Source: an uncultured Actinomycetes bacterium
GTDB taxonomy: Bacteria; Actinomycetota; Thermoleophilia; Solirubrobacterales; Solirubrobacteraceae
Assembly: GCA_963740895.1 (NCBI GenBank)
Contig: CAVUFQ010000004.1
Span: 286,671 to 350,670, forward strand
Length of the DNA stretch: 64,000 nt
Direction: 5' to 3'
In this document: positions 28,045 to 38,914 of the stretch, one piece after another
How the letters are laid out: each line of letters starts with the position of its first letter
Numbering within the stretch: position 1 is the first letter of the stretch
Made by a program: the position numbers and the translations under genes
Notes under the pieces: model-generated
Told to the model about the DNA's origin: nothing
The model's database searches: none
What the model saw: the letters and a program-made list of their open reading frames with translations, nothing else

Positions 28045-28068
28045 CGGGCCCCGCGGCGGGTCGACGCG

Positions 28069-29709
28069 TCAGGCCGCGAGCTTCTGCGTGCGCTGCTCGC
28101 GCGCGATCTCGCGCTCGGGCCGTGGCGGGCGCGGGAGCCGGCGCGTCAGGCGCCTGCGCCAGAACCCGATGAGGCCGAGCCGCCAGAAGTAGTAGCCCGT
28201 CCGGCCCGGGGTCGCGGAGAAGTCGAGCTTGACGAGGTGGCTCAGCGCGCGGCGCGTGAGGTACATCCCGCGCAGGACGCGGCCCAGGCGCGGGTAGAGC
28301 TTCTGCTCCTCGGTGCTCGCCCGTACGCGCGTCAGCAGCCGCTTCCACAGCCACTCCGGCGGCCGGCAGATCGTCAGCGTGTAGAGCAGGAGGTTGTTGA
28401 CCCGGGCGGGGATCGCCATGAACGTCGCCGAGATCTCCTCGATGTCGACCCCGAGCTCCTTGAGCTTCTTCTCGAGCTCGGTGTTCGGGATGACCTTCAG
28501 CGCGTAGATGAACAGCGTGTACGGCCGCTCCATGTCGTAGAGCAGCTGCAGCGTGTCCCTGATGTCCTCGCGCGTCTCGATCGGGTTGTCGGTGATGATG
28601 TCGTAGGCCGGTGGGATGTGGTACCTCGGCGCGAAGCCGGCGTTGACCTCACCGGCCGCGAGGATCTTCTCCGGCGGCGACGGGCGCTTGTAGAACTCGA
28701 GCGTCCGGCGGCTGCCGCTCTGGATGCCCATGCGGATGCGGTTCATCCCGGCCCACGTCAGCAGCTCGAACTTGTCCTGCTTGACGTAGTTGGGGATCAC
28801 GCCGTAGACCGCGAAGGGGAGGTCGAGCTCGGCCTTCCAGAGCTCGGCGAACTCCTCGATCTCGCGGTACGGGATCGCCATGAAGCTGTCGTCGTGGAAG
28901 GAGACGTGGCTCAGGTGCGGGAAGCGCGCGCGGGCGGTCTTCACCTCGTCGACGATGTAGCGCGCGCTCGGATGGCGGATGCGCTTGTACTTCGGGTCGT
29001 TGGAGATGAACTTCGTGTTGCCGCAGTACGTGCAGTGAAACGGGCAGCCGATCGACCACAGCGTCGTGTAGCTCAGACCGTCGTTGTCGATGTAGTGGCG
29101 CGCGTTCATCGGCCTGAAGCCGGCGCCGGCCTCGTAGATCGTCTCGCCCTCGCCGTACTGCGGGAACGGCAGCGACTCCATCTCGGCGGTGCTCATGAGC
29201 GGCAGGAAGTGGTTGCGCATGACCTCGCCGTCGGGCTGCTTGAACCAGAAGTTCTTCACCGCCGTGGGGTCGCGGCCCTCGATGAGCAGGGTGCGCAGCT
29301 CCTCGAAGGCGAACTCGCCCTCGCCCGTGCAGATCGCGTCGACGTCGGCGAGGATCGCGTCCTCCGGGTGGATGATCGGGTGGATCCCGCCCCAGATGAC
29401 GAACGTCGACGGGTCGAGCTCCTTGACCCGCGTGATGAGCCGGCGCGTGAGGTCGGCGTAGCCCGTCATCGACGAGAAGCCGACGACGTCGGCGTCGATC
29501 AGCCCGCGCGCCGCGACGTCGATGTCCTCCTCCTCGAGCGAGCCGGCGCTCCCCAGCGTCCCGCGCAGCCCGTTGCGGATGCTGCGGTAGCGATTCGTCG
29601 ACACGTAACAGGACTCCGTGTCGTCGTTGATGCGCGCGGCGAACGCGGCCATCTTGCGAAAGCCACAGGAGGTGATTCCGTCCTCGAGCGAGACCAGCTT
29701 GATGCGCAC
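28069..29709 (-). CDS. B12-binding-domain radical SAM protein (class B radical SAM, substrate unknown)
   Basis: 546 aa with a GTG start. N-terminal cobalamin-binding Rossmann-like region (DVVGFSSMTGYADLTRRLITRVKELDPSTFVIWGGIHP), CxxxCxxC cluster motif SIGCPFHCTYCGN, and RMGIQSGS. Basic C-terminal tail. Hand-counted lines 28381-28440 and 28441-28500 are 63% and 58% G+C, versus 77% for line 33001-33060. Confidence 0.85.
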   Translation of the reverse strand: MRIKLVSLEDGITSCGFRKMAAFAARINDDTESCYVSTNRYRSIRNGLRGTLGSAGSLEEEDIDVAARGLIDADVVGFSSMTGYADLTRRLITRVKELDPSTFVIWGGIHPIIHPEDAILADVDAICTGEGEFAFEELRTLLIEGRDPTAVKNFWFKQPDGEVMRNHFLPLMSTAEMESLPFPQYGEGETIYEAGAGFRPMNARHYIDNDGLSYTTLWSIGCPFHCTYCGNTKFISNDPKYKRIRHPSARYIVDEVKTARARFPHLSHVSFHDDSFMAIPYREIEEFAELWKAELDLPFAVYGVIPNYVKQDKFELLTWAGMNRIRMGIQSGSRRTLEFYKRPSPPEKILAAGEVNAGFAPRYHIPPAYDIITDNPIETREDIRDTLQLLYDMERPYTLFIYALKVIPNTELEKKLKELGVDIEEISATFMAIPARVNNLLLYTLTICRPPEWLWKRLLTRVRASTEEQKLYPRLGRVLRGMYLTRRALSHLVKLDFSATPGRTGYYFWRLGLIGFWRRRLTRRLPRPPRPEREIAREQRTQKLAA

Positions 29710-29773
29710 CGGCTATCCCTGCCTTCCGCAGTTTGACGGTCAGCGTAATAGCACGCGGGGCGGCCACGGCGAA

Positions 29774-31252
<1,479 letters not shown>

Positions 31253-31290
31253 CTAGCGCGCGCCTGGGCCGAGTGGCGCCTTTCGCGGCC

Positions 31291-32037
31291 TCACGCGGCG
31301 AAGGGAACCACACGCCGCGATCGCGGCGGCTGCGCCTCGAGCAACCGCTGCGCCGACCAGCCGAAGCCGAGCCCGATCGTTGTCCACAGCACGCCGTTGA
31401 TCCCGAGCGACGCGATCCGGAAGCGCCACAGCACGTCGGCGGGGAAGCCGGCGGGCGTCTCGTGGACCGCCGGGAGGATGAGCTCCGCGACCGCGATGAC
31501 GGCGAAAAAGCCGGCGGCCGCAGCGATCGCGGCGTTCCAGTGGCCGGCGCGCTCCAGCAGCCCGCGCCGGATCCGCGCGGCGGCGACGAAGGCGAGGATC
31601 GTGATGGCGATCATCGCGACGAACACGACCGTGCGCCGATCGATCGTGTCCGGATTGCCGACCGCCGGGGGGTTGGCCGGGTACTTCGTGAACGGGACGA
31701 CCGTGATCGTGACGTAGGCGCCGAGCGCGAGCAGGGCGGCCGTCGCGCGCGCGCCGAGCGGGCCGACGCGCCCATAGGCCCACGCGAAGACGAGCGCGAA
31801 CAGGCCCCCGAGCGCGACGCCCATGGCGACGAGGCCGGTGACGAGACCGAGCGTGCGCTGCAGGCCGCGCGAGACGACCTCGGCGGCGCCGGGCTCGTGC
31901 GCGAGCCGCGCGAGGTGGTCCTCGAAGTCGATCGCCGCCTGGACCTGCGGCTCACCGAAGGCGCAGGCGAACGCGAAGGCGAGCAGGCCGGCGACGAGGC
32001 CGGCGAGCATGCCCCGCACGAGGAGGGGCCGGACCAT
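31291..32037 (-). CDS. cbtA: Cobalt transporter subunit CbtA
   Basis: 248 aa, multi-TM, with the periplasmic-loop motif VVPFTKYPANPPAVGNPDTI typical of CbtA. It follows cbtB. Confidence 0.8.
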   Translation of the reverse strand: MVRPLLVRGMLAGLVAGLLAFAFACAFGEPQVQAAIDFEDHLARLAHEPGAAEVVSRGLQRTLGLVTGLVAMGVALGGLFALVFAWAYGRVGPLGARATAALLALGAYVTITVVPFTKYPANPPAVGNPDTIDRRTVVFVAMIAITILAFVAAARIRRGLLERAGHWNAAIAAAAGFFAVIAVAELILPAVHETPAGFPADVLWRFRIASLGINGVLWTTIGLGFGWSAQRLLEAQPPRSRRVVPFAA

Positions 32038-32050
32038 GGCGGCGCGGCGC

Positions 32051-32269
32051 CTAGTGGCAGGGAAAGCCGAGGAGGTGGCGGCCGTCGTGCACGAACTCGT
32101 GGACGACGGTGCCGGAGAAGATCGACGCGGCGCCCTCCTCGGCGCCGGCGAAGTACGCCAGGAGCATCAGGATCAGCCCCGCGAACAGGACATAGGGCAG
32201 CAGCTCTCCGGGTGAGACGATCGGTGCCGGTGCGGTGGTGGTGGTGCGCTGCACGGCGACTTCGGACAT
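32051..32269 (-). CDS. cbtB: Cobalt transporter subunit CbtB
   Basis: ATG 32269, 72 aa, one TM, and the characteristic C-terminus HEFVHDGRHLLGFPCH. Confidence 0.8.
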   Translation of the reverse strand: MSEVAVQRTTTTAPAPIVSPGELLPYVLFAGLILMLLAYFAGAEEGAASIFSGTVVHEFVHDGRHLLGFPCH

Positions 32270-32415
32270 TGCCGGAACCTCCTCGGGATCACGCGTCCCG
32301 TCGTGGATGGGTCGCGTGACGGCGAAGTGTCTGGCTTCCGGATCGCTTTCAGATCCGGTCACAGTGGCGCGACCGCGCCGGTGTTGCACCGGCTTCCTCG
32401 CACCGTCACACGTGG
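32270..32415 (-). promoter_or_regulatory. Cobalamin riboswitch (leader of cbtB-cbtA)
   Basis: The reverse strand reads GUGUGACGGUGCGAGGAAGCCGGUGCAACACCGGCGCGGUCGCGCCACUGUGACCGGAUCUGAAAGCGAUCCGGAAGCCAGACACUUCGCCGUCACGC. The B12 box GCCACUG is at 32368-32362. P1 is GUGACGG/CCGUCAC. The SD GAGGAGG lies downstream. Confidence 0.85.
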
Positions 32416-32419
32416 TCTC

Positions 32420-32441
32420 GCAGCATAGTCGCCTATGCTGC
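32420..32441. promoter_or_regulatory. Palindrome between the two divergent riboswitches, with two outward-facing -10-like TATGCT boxes
   Basis: GCAGCATAG-TCGC-CTATGCTGC. TATGCT lies on the plus strand at 32434-32439 and on the minus strand at 32427-32422. Each box is 9-12 nt upstream of the respective P1 stem. Confidence 0.3.
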
Positions 32442-32445
32442 GGCC

Positions 32446-32585
32446 GTCAGCGCGATGGCCGCGAGGAACCCGGTGCGAGCCCGGGACGGTCGCGCCACTG
32501 TGACCGGGGTCCTGCCCCGGAAGTCAGGAACTCGGCCATCGCGAGTGCCGCTTACGGGAACGCGTTCTTCCCAGGAGGTCGCTCG
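32446..32585 (+). promoter_or_regulatory. Cobalamin riboswitch (leader of cobG-cobH-cobIJ)
   Basis: GCGAUGGCCG-CGAGGAACCCGGUGCGAGCCCGGGACGGUCGCGCCACUGUGACCGGGGUCCUGCCCCGGAAGUCAGGAACU-CGGCCAUCGC. This gives a perfect 10-bp P1 (32452-32461 / 32533-32542) and the B12 box at 32494-32500. A GGGAA..UUCCC hairpin and the AGGAGG SD precede TTG 32586. Confidence 0.85.
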
Positions 32586-33725
32586 TTGCGCCGAGAGGAG
32601 GAGGAGGGTCAGGCCGCGGTCCTCCGCCAATCCGCGGCGGCCGATCGCTGCCCGGGCGTCCTTGCCCTGCACGAGGCAGCCGACGGCGGCCTGGCCCGCA
32701 TCCGCCTGCCCGGCGGGCGCCTCTCGGCGCTCGCGCTGGACACCGTCGCCGGCCTCGCGGCCGACCTCGGCAACGGGATCGTCGAGCTCACGTCGCGCGC
32801 GAGCCTGCAGATCCGCGGCCTCGCCCCCGGCGACGCCGCGGCGGCCGCCGAGGCGCTGCGCGGCGCCGGGCTGCTGCCGTCGCCCGCCCACGACCGCGTG
32901 CGCAACATCGTCGCCGGGCCGCTGGCCGGGCGCGGGCCGTCGTCGCTGGCCGCGACCGACGCGCTCGTCGCCGAGCTCGACCGCCGGCTCTGCGCCGACC
33001 CGCTGCTCGCCGAGCTGCCGGGGCGCTTCCTCTTCGGCGTCGACGACGGCGCGGCGCTCATCGCGATCGAGCAGTGCGACGTCGCGCTCGTCGCCGAGGG
33101 CGGCGGTGCCTTCCGCCTCTGGCTCGCCGGCCGGGCGACGACGCTCGCGGGCGACGCCCGTGGTCAGGCAGCGGCGCTCGCCCTCGCGAGCGCGCGCGTG
33201 TTCCGCGAGCTGCGCGGGGACGCCTGGCGGCTCGCCGACCTGCGCGACGGCGCCGCGCGGATCGCGGACTGCCTCGGCGGCGCGCTGACGGCGTCCGCGC
33301 CCGCGCACGACGCCCGCCCGCTCGCCCTCGGCGCGCTCACCCAGCGCGACGGGCTCGTCGCGGTGACCGCGCTGCCGCCGCTCGGGCGGCTGGACTCGGC
33401 GACCGCCGCGCAGCTGGCGACGCTCGGCGAGCTGCGGCTGTCGCCCGCGCGGACGGTGACCCTGCTGGACATCCCCGCGCCCCGCGCCCCGCGGTTGCTC
33501 GCCGAGCTCGCGGCGCTCGACCTCGTCGTCGGCGAGGGCTCGGGCTGGCGCGGCCTGACGGCCTGCGCGGGCCTCGGCGCGTGCGCGTCGGCGCAGTTCG
33601 ACGTCCGCGCGGTCGCCGCCGCGCGGGCGCGCGAGCGCGACCCCGGATCGCCGGCCGAGCACTGGGCCGCCTGTGAGCGCGGCTGCGGCCGTCCGCCGGG
33701 CGCGCTGCTCGGGAGCCGGCCATGA
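32586..33725 (+). CDS. cobG: Precorrin-3B synthase (aerobic pathway)
   Basis: The TTG start is 7 nt after [34 protein letters not shown] and C-terminal [11 protein letters not shown] are typical of CobG (sulfite/nitrite-reductase-like fold). The track ORF N-terminus covers the riboswitch and was trimmed. Confidence 0.8.
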   Translation: MRREEEEGQAAVLRQSAAADRCPGVLALHEAADGGLARIRLPGGRLSALALDTVAGLAADLGNGIVELTSRASLQIRGLAPGDAAAAAEALRGAGLLPSPAHDRVRNIVAGPLAGRGPSSLAATDALVAELDRRLCADPLLAELPGRFLFGVDDGAALIAIEQCDVALVAEGGGAFRLWLAGRATTLAGDARGQAAALALASARVFRELRGDAWRLADLRDGAARIADCLGGALTASAPAHDARPLALGALTQRDGLVAVTALPPLGRLDSATAAQLATLGELRLSPARTVTLLDIPAPRAPRLLAELAALDLVVGEGSGWRGLTACAGLGACASAQFDVRAVAAARARERDPGSPAEHWAACERGCGRPPGALLGSRP

Positions 33726-34348
33726 CGACCTACGTCCGCGACGGCGCGGAGATCTACCGGCGCTCGTTCGCCACGATCCGCGCGGAGGCCGATCTCGACG
33801 GCCTCGATCCGCTGCTCGAGCGCACCGTCGTGCGGATGATCCACGCCTGCGGGATGGTCGACCTCGCCGCCGACGTCGCGGCCTCTCCGGGCTTCGCCGC
33901 GGCGGCGTGCGACGCGCTGGCGGCGGGCGCGCCGATCCTCTGCGACACGTCGATGGTCGCCGCCGGCATCACGCGCGCCCGGCTGCCCGCCGCCAACGCC
34001 GTCGTCTGCACGCTCCCCGACGCGCGCGTCCCCGCGCTCGCCGCCGACCTGCGGACGACGCGCACGGCGGCGTCGCTCGAGCTCTGGCGCGAGCACCTCG
34101 CGGGGGCGCTCGTCGTCGTCGGCAACGCGCCGACCGCGCTCTTCCGGCTGCTCGAGCTCGTTGCCGGCGGCGCGCCGCGCCCGGCGGGCGTCATCGGCGT
34201 TCCGGTGGGCTTCATCGGCGCGGCCGAGTCGAAGGTCGCGCTCGCCGAGCATCCCGCGGCGCTCGAGCACCTCGTCGTCCACGGCCGCCGCGGCGGCAGC
34301 GCGATCGGCGCCGCCGCCGTCAACGCGCTCGCGTGCGCCGCCGAATGA
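33722..34348 (+). CDS. cobH: Precorrin-8X methylmutase
   Basis: 208 aa. [22 protein letters not shown]...[10 protein letters not shown]...[16 protein letters not shown]...[17 protein letters not shown] overlaps on both sides. Confidence 0.9.
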   Translation: MTTYVRDGAEIYRRSFATIRAEADLDGLDPLLERTVVRMIHACGMVDLAADVAASPGFAAAACDALAAGAPILCDTSMVAAGITRARLPAANAVVCTLPDARVPALAADLRTTRTAASLELWREHLAGALVVVGNAPTALFRLLELVAGGAPRPAGVIGVPVGFIGAAESKVALAEHPAALEHLVVHGRRGGSAIGAAAVNALACAAE

Positions 34349-35853
34349 GCACGGCCGGAAAGCTCTTCGGCGTCGGCGTCGGGCCCGGCGATCCCGAGCT
34401 CGTGACGCTCAAGGCGCAGCGGATCATCGGCGCCGCCGACGTCGTCGCCTACCCCGTCGCGCGCCACGGCCGCAGCGTCGCGCGGCGGATCGCGGCGCCG
34501 CACCTGCGCGCCGGCCAGATCGAGCTCGAGCTCGGCTTCCCCGTCACGACCGAGCAGACCGACCATCCGGGCGGCTACGAGGCCGCGCTGCGCGAGTTCT
34601 ACGACGATGCCGCCGACGGCCTCGCCGAGTACCTCGACGCCGGCCGCGACGTCGCCGTGCTCTGCGAGGGCGACCCGTTCTTCTACGGCTCCTACATGTA
34701 CCTCCACGAGCGCCTCGCGCAGCGCTACGAGACCGAGGTCGTTCCGGGCGTGACGTCGTTCAGCGCCGCCGCCGCGGCTGCCGGCACCCCGCTGGCCAAG
34801 CGCGACGACGTCCTGACGATCGTGCCCGGGACGCTCGCGCCCGAGCAGCTCGCGCAGCGGCTGCGCGGCACGGACGCCGCGGTGGTGCTGAAGCTCGGCC
34901 GCCGCTTCGGCGCGGTGCGCGAGGCGGCCGAGCGCGCCGGGGTCGCGGGGCGCGCGGTGTACGTCGAGCGCGCGAGCTCGGATGCCGAATGCGTCGCGCC
35001 GCTGCGTGCCGTCGACCCCGGCGGGGTCCCGTACATGTCGCTCGTGCTCGTGCCGACGACGGGCGAGAACGCCCCCGCGGCGAACGGCAACGGCCATGCG
35101 CGCGGCAGGGTCACGGTCGTCGGCCTCGGCCCCGCCGGCGCGCAGTGGCTCACGCCCGAGGCGCGCGAGGCGCTGGCCGACGCCGACGACCTCGTCGGCT
35201 ACGAGCCCTACGTCGCGCGCGTCCCCGAGCGCCGCGGCCAGCGCCGCCACCCGAGCGACAACCGCGTCGAGGCGCAGCGCGCGCGCCACGCGCTCGAGCT
35301 CGCCGCCGGCGGCGCGCGCGTCGCGGTCGTCTCCTCCGGCGACCCGGGGATCTTCGCCATGGCCGCGGCCGTCCTCGAGGCGCTCGACGAGGACGACGGC
35401 GCGCTCGCCGGCGTCGACGTCCGCGTCGTGCCCGGCCTGTCGGCGATGCAGGCCGCGGCGGCCCGCGTCGGCGCGCCGCTGGGCCACGACTTCTGCGTCC
35501 TGTCGCTGTCGGACCAGCTCAAGCCGTGGGAGGTCGTCGAGCGCCGCCTCGACGCCGCCGGCGCCGCCGACCTCGTGCTCGCGCTCTACAACCCGGCGTC
35601 GCGCACGCGCCGCGAGCAGCTCACGCGCGCGTTCGAGGTCCTGCGCCGCCACCGCGCCCCCGATACGCCGGTCGTCGTCGCACGCGCGGTCGGCGCGCCG
35701 GAGGAGACCGTCACCGTCACGACGGTCGGGGAGGTCGACCTCGACGCCGTCGACATGCGCACGCTGCTGATCGTCGGCTCGTCGGCGACGCGCGTCATCG
35801 CGGGCGCCGCCGGGGCGCCGCCGCGCGTGTACACGCCGCGCCGCTACCCGTGA
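34345..35853 (+). CDS. cobIJ: Fused precorrin-2 C20-methyltransferase / precorrin-3B C17-methyltransferase
   Basis: Two tetrapyrrole-methylase modules: [20 protein letters not shown]... and [19 protein letters not shown]...[13 protein letters not shown]. Confidence 0.9.
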   Translation: MSTAGKLFGVGVGPGDPELVTLKAQRIIGAADVVAYPVARHGRSVARRIAAPHLRAGQIELELGFPVTTEQTDHPGGYEAALREFYDDAADGLAEYLDAGRDVAVLCEGDPFFYGSYMYLHERLAQRYETEVVPGVTSFSAAAAAAGTPLAKRDDVLTIVPGTLAPEQLAQRLRGTDAAVVLKLGRRFGAVREAAERAGVAGRAVYVERASSDAECVAPLRAVDPGGVPYMSLVLVPTTGENAPAANGNGHARGRVTVVGLGPAGAQWLTPEAREALADADDLVGYEPYVARVPERRGQRRHPSDNRVEAQRARHALELAAGGARVAVVSSGDPGIFAMAAAVLEALDEDDGALAGVDVRVVPGLSAMQAAAARVGAPLGHDFCVLSLSDQLKPWEVVERRLDAAGAADLVLALYNPASRTRREQLTRAFEVLRRHRAPDTPVVVARAVGAPEETVTVTTVGEVDLDAVDMRTLLIVGSSATRVIAGAAGAPPRVYTPRRYP

Positions 35854-36578
35854 TGGCGCGCCCAGCGCAGCGCGCCGTCGACCGACGTCAGCGTCGGAAC
35901 GTCGGCGCGCGGCGGCCGGCGCACGATGACGACCGGCAGGCGGCGCTCGCGCGCGGCGTCGAGCTTGGCCTGCGTGTGCGTCCCGCCGCTGTCCTTCGTC
36001 ACGACGACGTCGATGCCGTGGGCGTCGATGAGCGCGAGCTCGCCGGCGAGCGTGTACGGCCCGCGGTCCAGCAGCAGCTCGTGGCGGGGCGGCAGCGGCG
36101 CCTGCGGCGGATCGACGCAGCGGATGAGAAACCAGGCGTCGTCGCGATGGGCGAACGCCGCGAGCCCCTGGCGGCCCGTCGTCAGCAGCACGCGCGTGGC
36201 GTGCTCGAACGTCCGCGAGGCCTCGTCGATGTCCGCGACCCAGCGCCAGCGGTCGCCGGCACGCGGCCGCCAGCCCTCGCGCTCGAGGCGCAAGAGCGGC
36301 ACGCCGCCGCGCTCGCAGGCGGTGACGGCCGAGGCGGAGATCGTCTCGGCGAACGGGTGCGTCGCGTCGACGACGGCCGCGACCTCGTGCTCGGCGAGCC
36401 AGGCCTCCAGGCCCGCGGGCCCGCCGAACCCGCCGACGCGCACCTCCCCGGCCGGCAGCCGCGGGCGCGCGACGCGGCCCGCGAGCGAGGACACGACGCG
36501 CAGCTCGGGCGCGGCCTGCGCCAGCGTAGCGGCGAGCGCGCGCGCCTCGGCGGTGCCGCCGAGCACGAGCACCGTCAT
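35844..36578 (-). CDS. cobK: Precorrin-6A reductase
   Basis: MTVLVLGGTAEARALA...VVDATHPFA...VVTKDSGG, the CobK/CbiJ signature. Converges on cobIJ with a 10-nt overlap. Confidence 0.85.
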   Translation of the reverse strand: MTVLVLGGTAEARALAATLAQAAPELRVVSSLAGRVARPRLPAGEVRVGGFGGPAGLEAWLAEHEVAAVVDATHPFAETISASAVTACERGGVPLLRLEREGWRPRAGDRWRWVADIDEASRTFEHATRVLLTTGRQGLAAFAHRDDAWFLIRCVDPPQAPLPPRHELLLDRGPYTLAGELALIDAHGIDVVVTKDSGGTHTQAKLDAARERRLPVVIVRRPPRADVPTLTSVDGALRWARHHG

Positions 36579-36595
36579 CGCCGCGCCCGCCCGTC

Positions 36596-37357
36596 GTGAG
36601 GCGCGTGCTCGTCATCGGCATCGGGGCGGGCGATCCCGATCACGTCACGGTCCAGGCGATCGCGGCGCTGAACGCCGCCGACGTCTTCTTCGTCGTGGAC
36701 AAGGGCGCCGCCAAGCACGAGCTCGTGCGCCTGCGCAAGGAGATCTGCGAGCGGTTCATCGAGGGCGAGTCCTACCGGATCGTCGACGTGCGCGACCCCG
36801 AGCGCGATCGCACCGCAACCGACTACGCCGCCGCGGTGACCGCCTGGCGCGGCGCGCGCGCCGACGTCTGGGAGGCGCTGATCGCCGATGAGCTCGGCGC
36901 GGAGGACTGCGGCGCGTTCCTCGTCTGGGGCGACCCGGCGCTCTACGACAGCACGATCGCCGTGCTCGGCGAGATCGCGGCGCGCGGCCGCGTGGCGTTC
37001 GACGTCGAGGTCATCCCGGGGATCAGCTCCGTCCAGGCGCTCGCCGCCGCGCACCGCGTCCCGATCAACCGCGTCGGCGAGCCGATCACGATCACCACCG
37101 GCCGGCGCCTGCTGCAGGCGCACGGCAGCGACGCCGGCGACGTCGTGGTCATGCTCGACGCCGCGTGCGCCTTCGACGCGATCGAGGACCGCGACACCGA
37201 GATCTGGTGGGGCGCCTACGTCGGGACCGAGCACGAGCTGCTCGTCGCCGGCCGCCTGCGCGACGTCGCCGCCGAGATCGTCCGCGTGCGCGCCGAGGCG
37301 CGCGAGCGCCACGGCTGGATCATGGACGTCTACCTCCTGCGCCGGCCGCTACGGTAG
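36596..37357 (+). CDS. cobF: Precorrin-6A synthase (deacetylating), aerobic pathway
   Basis: GTG start. RRVLVIGIGAGDPDHVTVQAIAALNAADVFFVVDKG...FLVWGDPALYDST...VIPGISSVQAL. Confidence 0.85.
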   Translation: MRRVLVIGIGAGDPDHVTVQAIAALNAADVFFVVDKGAAKHELVRLRKEICERFIEGESYRIVDVRDPERDRTATDYAAAVTAWRGARADVWEALIADELGAEDCGAFLVWGDPALYDSTIAVLGEIAARGRVAFDVEVIPGISSVQALAAAHRVPINRVGEPITITTGRRLLQAHGSDAGDVVVMLDAACAFDAIEDRDTEIWWGAYVGTEHELLVAGRLRDVAAEIVRVRAEARERHGWIMDVYLLRRPLR

Positions 37358-37361
37358 CCCG

Positions 37362-38360
37362 ATGACGGCGGCCGATCTCGTCCTGGAGGGCGGCGGCATC
37401 AAGGGCATCGGCCTCGGCGGCGCCGCGCGCCGGCTCCTGCGCGCCGGCTACCGCTTCGAGCGCATCGCCGGGACGTCGGCGGGCGCGATCGTCGGCGCGC
37501 TCATCGCCGCCGGCGCCGACGAGCGCCGCCTCGGCGAGGCGATGGCCCGGCTGCGCTACGACCGCGTGCCCGACCGCGGGCAGCCGAAGATCCCGCTGCT
37601 GGGCGAGGCGGCCGGCCTGCTGCACCGCAGCGGGGCGTACGCCGGGAAGTACATCCGCCGCTTCGTCGCCGACGAGCTCGCGGCGCTCGGCGTGACGACG
37701 TTCGGCGACCTGCGGCGCAGCGATCCGCACGACGACCCCGCGCGCGAGCCCTACCAGCGCTACAAGCTCGTCGTGATGGCGACCGACGTCACGCGCGGGC
37801 GCCTGCTGCGGCTGCCGTGGGACTACCACCTGCTCAACCTCGACCCCGACGAGCAGCTCGTCGCCGACGCCGTCCGCGCGTCGATGTCGATCCCGCTGTA
37901 CTTCGAGCCCGCCAGGCTGCGCGACGGCGCCGGGGGCGAGCAGACGACGCTCGTCGACGGGGGCGTCCTGTCGAACTACCCGATCGAGATCTTCGATCGC
38001 ACCGACGCCGTGCTGCCGCGCTGGCCGACGCTCGGCGTCAAGGTCATCCCGGACCTCCCCGCGGGCGACGCGTCGCTGTTCCCGGGCGTGGCGCTCCCGG
38101 CGCTGCCGCCCGTCCACCTGCTCGAGCAGGTCGTCGCGACGGCGATCGTCGGGCACGACCAGACGTACCTCGAGCGCCCCTGCGTGGCGCGCCGGACGAT
38201 CCACGTCGACACGAGCGCGATCGGCGTCGTCGAGTTCGACGCGTCGCAGGCCAAGCGCGACGCGGTCATCGCCGGCGGCGCGGCCGCCGCGGACGCGTTC
38301 CTTCGGGGCTGGGACTGGGAGGCCTTCAAGCGCGACTGCGGTCGCGCGACCGAGGGCTGA
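37362..38360 (+). CDS. Patatin-like phospholipase family protein
   Basis: The ATG is 4 nt after the cobF stop. LVLEGGGIKGIG (oxyanion GGGxxG), GTSAG (GxSxG) and LVDGGVLSNYP (catalytic Asp). Confidence 0.85.
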   Translation: MTAADLVLEGGGIKGIGLGGAARRLLRAGYRFERIAGTSAGAIVGALIAAGADERRLGEAMARLRYDRVPDRGQPKIPLLGEAAGLLHRSGAYAGKYIRRFVADELAALGVTTFGDLRRSDPHDDPAREPYQRYKLVVMATDVTRGRLLRLPWDYHLLNLDPDEQLVADAVRASMSIPLYFEPARLRDGAGGEQTTLVDGGVLSNYPIEIFDRTDAVLPRWPTLGVKVIPDLPAGDASLFPGVALPALPPVHLLEQVVATAIVGHDQTYLERPCVARRTIHVDTSAIGVVEFDASQAKRDAVIAGGAAAADAFLRGWDWEAFKRDCGRATEG

Positions 38361-38365
38361 GGCGG

Positions 38366-38851
38366 CTACCCGTCGAGCTGTACGCCCCGCGGCGGGACGG
38401 GGGATGACTGGACGATCGAGGTCGTCGTCTGCCCGTAGGCGGCGAACTGGTCGATGACCTCCTCGAGGTGCTCGACCGAGCGCACGTGGGCGAGCATGAC
38501 GTAGCAGTCGTCGCCGGTGATGCGCCGGCATTCGACGACCTCCGGCGTGGCCCGGGCGAGGTCGGCGACCTGCTTGAGCCGGCGCGGCGCGGGGCGGATG
38601 CGGATTACGACGCTCAGCGCGAAGCCGAGCGCGCGCGGGTCCAGCTCGGCGTGGTAGCCGCGGATGACGCCGTCGTCCTCGAGGCGCTGCACGCGCTCGG
38701 CGACCGCCGGCGAGGACAGCCCGACGCGCCGCCCGAGCTCGGCGAGGCTCAGCCGGGCGTCGGCCTGCAGCTCGGCGAGCAGGCGCAGGTTCGTGGCGTC
38801 CAGCGGGGCGCCATCGGCGAATTGGTTGCTGCGCCTGTGATTCAAAGGCAT
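38366..38851 (-). CDS. Lrp/AsnC-family transcriptional regulator
   Basis: ATG 38851. LDATNLRLLAELQADARLSLAELGRRVGLSSPAVAERVQRLEDDGVIRGY plus an RAM domain. Confidence 0.85.
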   Translation of the reverse strand: MPLNHRRSNQFADGAPLDATNLRLLAELQADARLSLAELGRRVGLSSPAVAERVQRLEDDGVIRGYHAELDPRALGFALSVVIRIRPAPRRLKQVADLARATPEVVECRRITGDDCYVMLAHVRSVEHLEEVIDQFAAYGQTTTSIVQSSPVPPRGVQLDG

Positions 38852-38914
38852 GAACGGCAGTCTACCTGTGGTTGACCATGTACGCCGGCGGTTTGGGCGG
38901 GCAGTCTTGCGGAA

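Noticed and set aside
32235-32585. N-terminal 117 codons of track ORF 32235..33725 (extended CobG)
   Set aside because: This stretch is the cobalamin riboswitch and its expression platform. A TTG with a good AGGAGG SD at 32586 sits just before the conserved CobG CPG motif.
33754-36621. 955-aa minus ORF and the 812-aa plus ORF (34161..36599) over the cobH-cobIJ-cobK region
   Set aside because: Both are Arg/Ala/Pro-rich with no motifs. They overlap frames that carry clear CobH, CobI/J and CobK signatures.
37362-38360. Patatin-like lipase plus a nearby cNMP-binding protein as a CBASS-like defence module
   Set aside because: There is no CD-NTase or cyclase gene. The cNMP domain is fused to an MFS permease 5 kb away on the other strand, so there is no operon logic.
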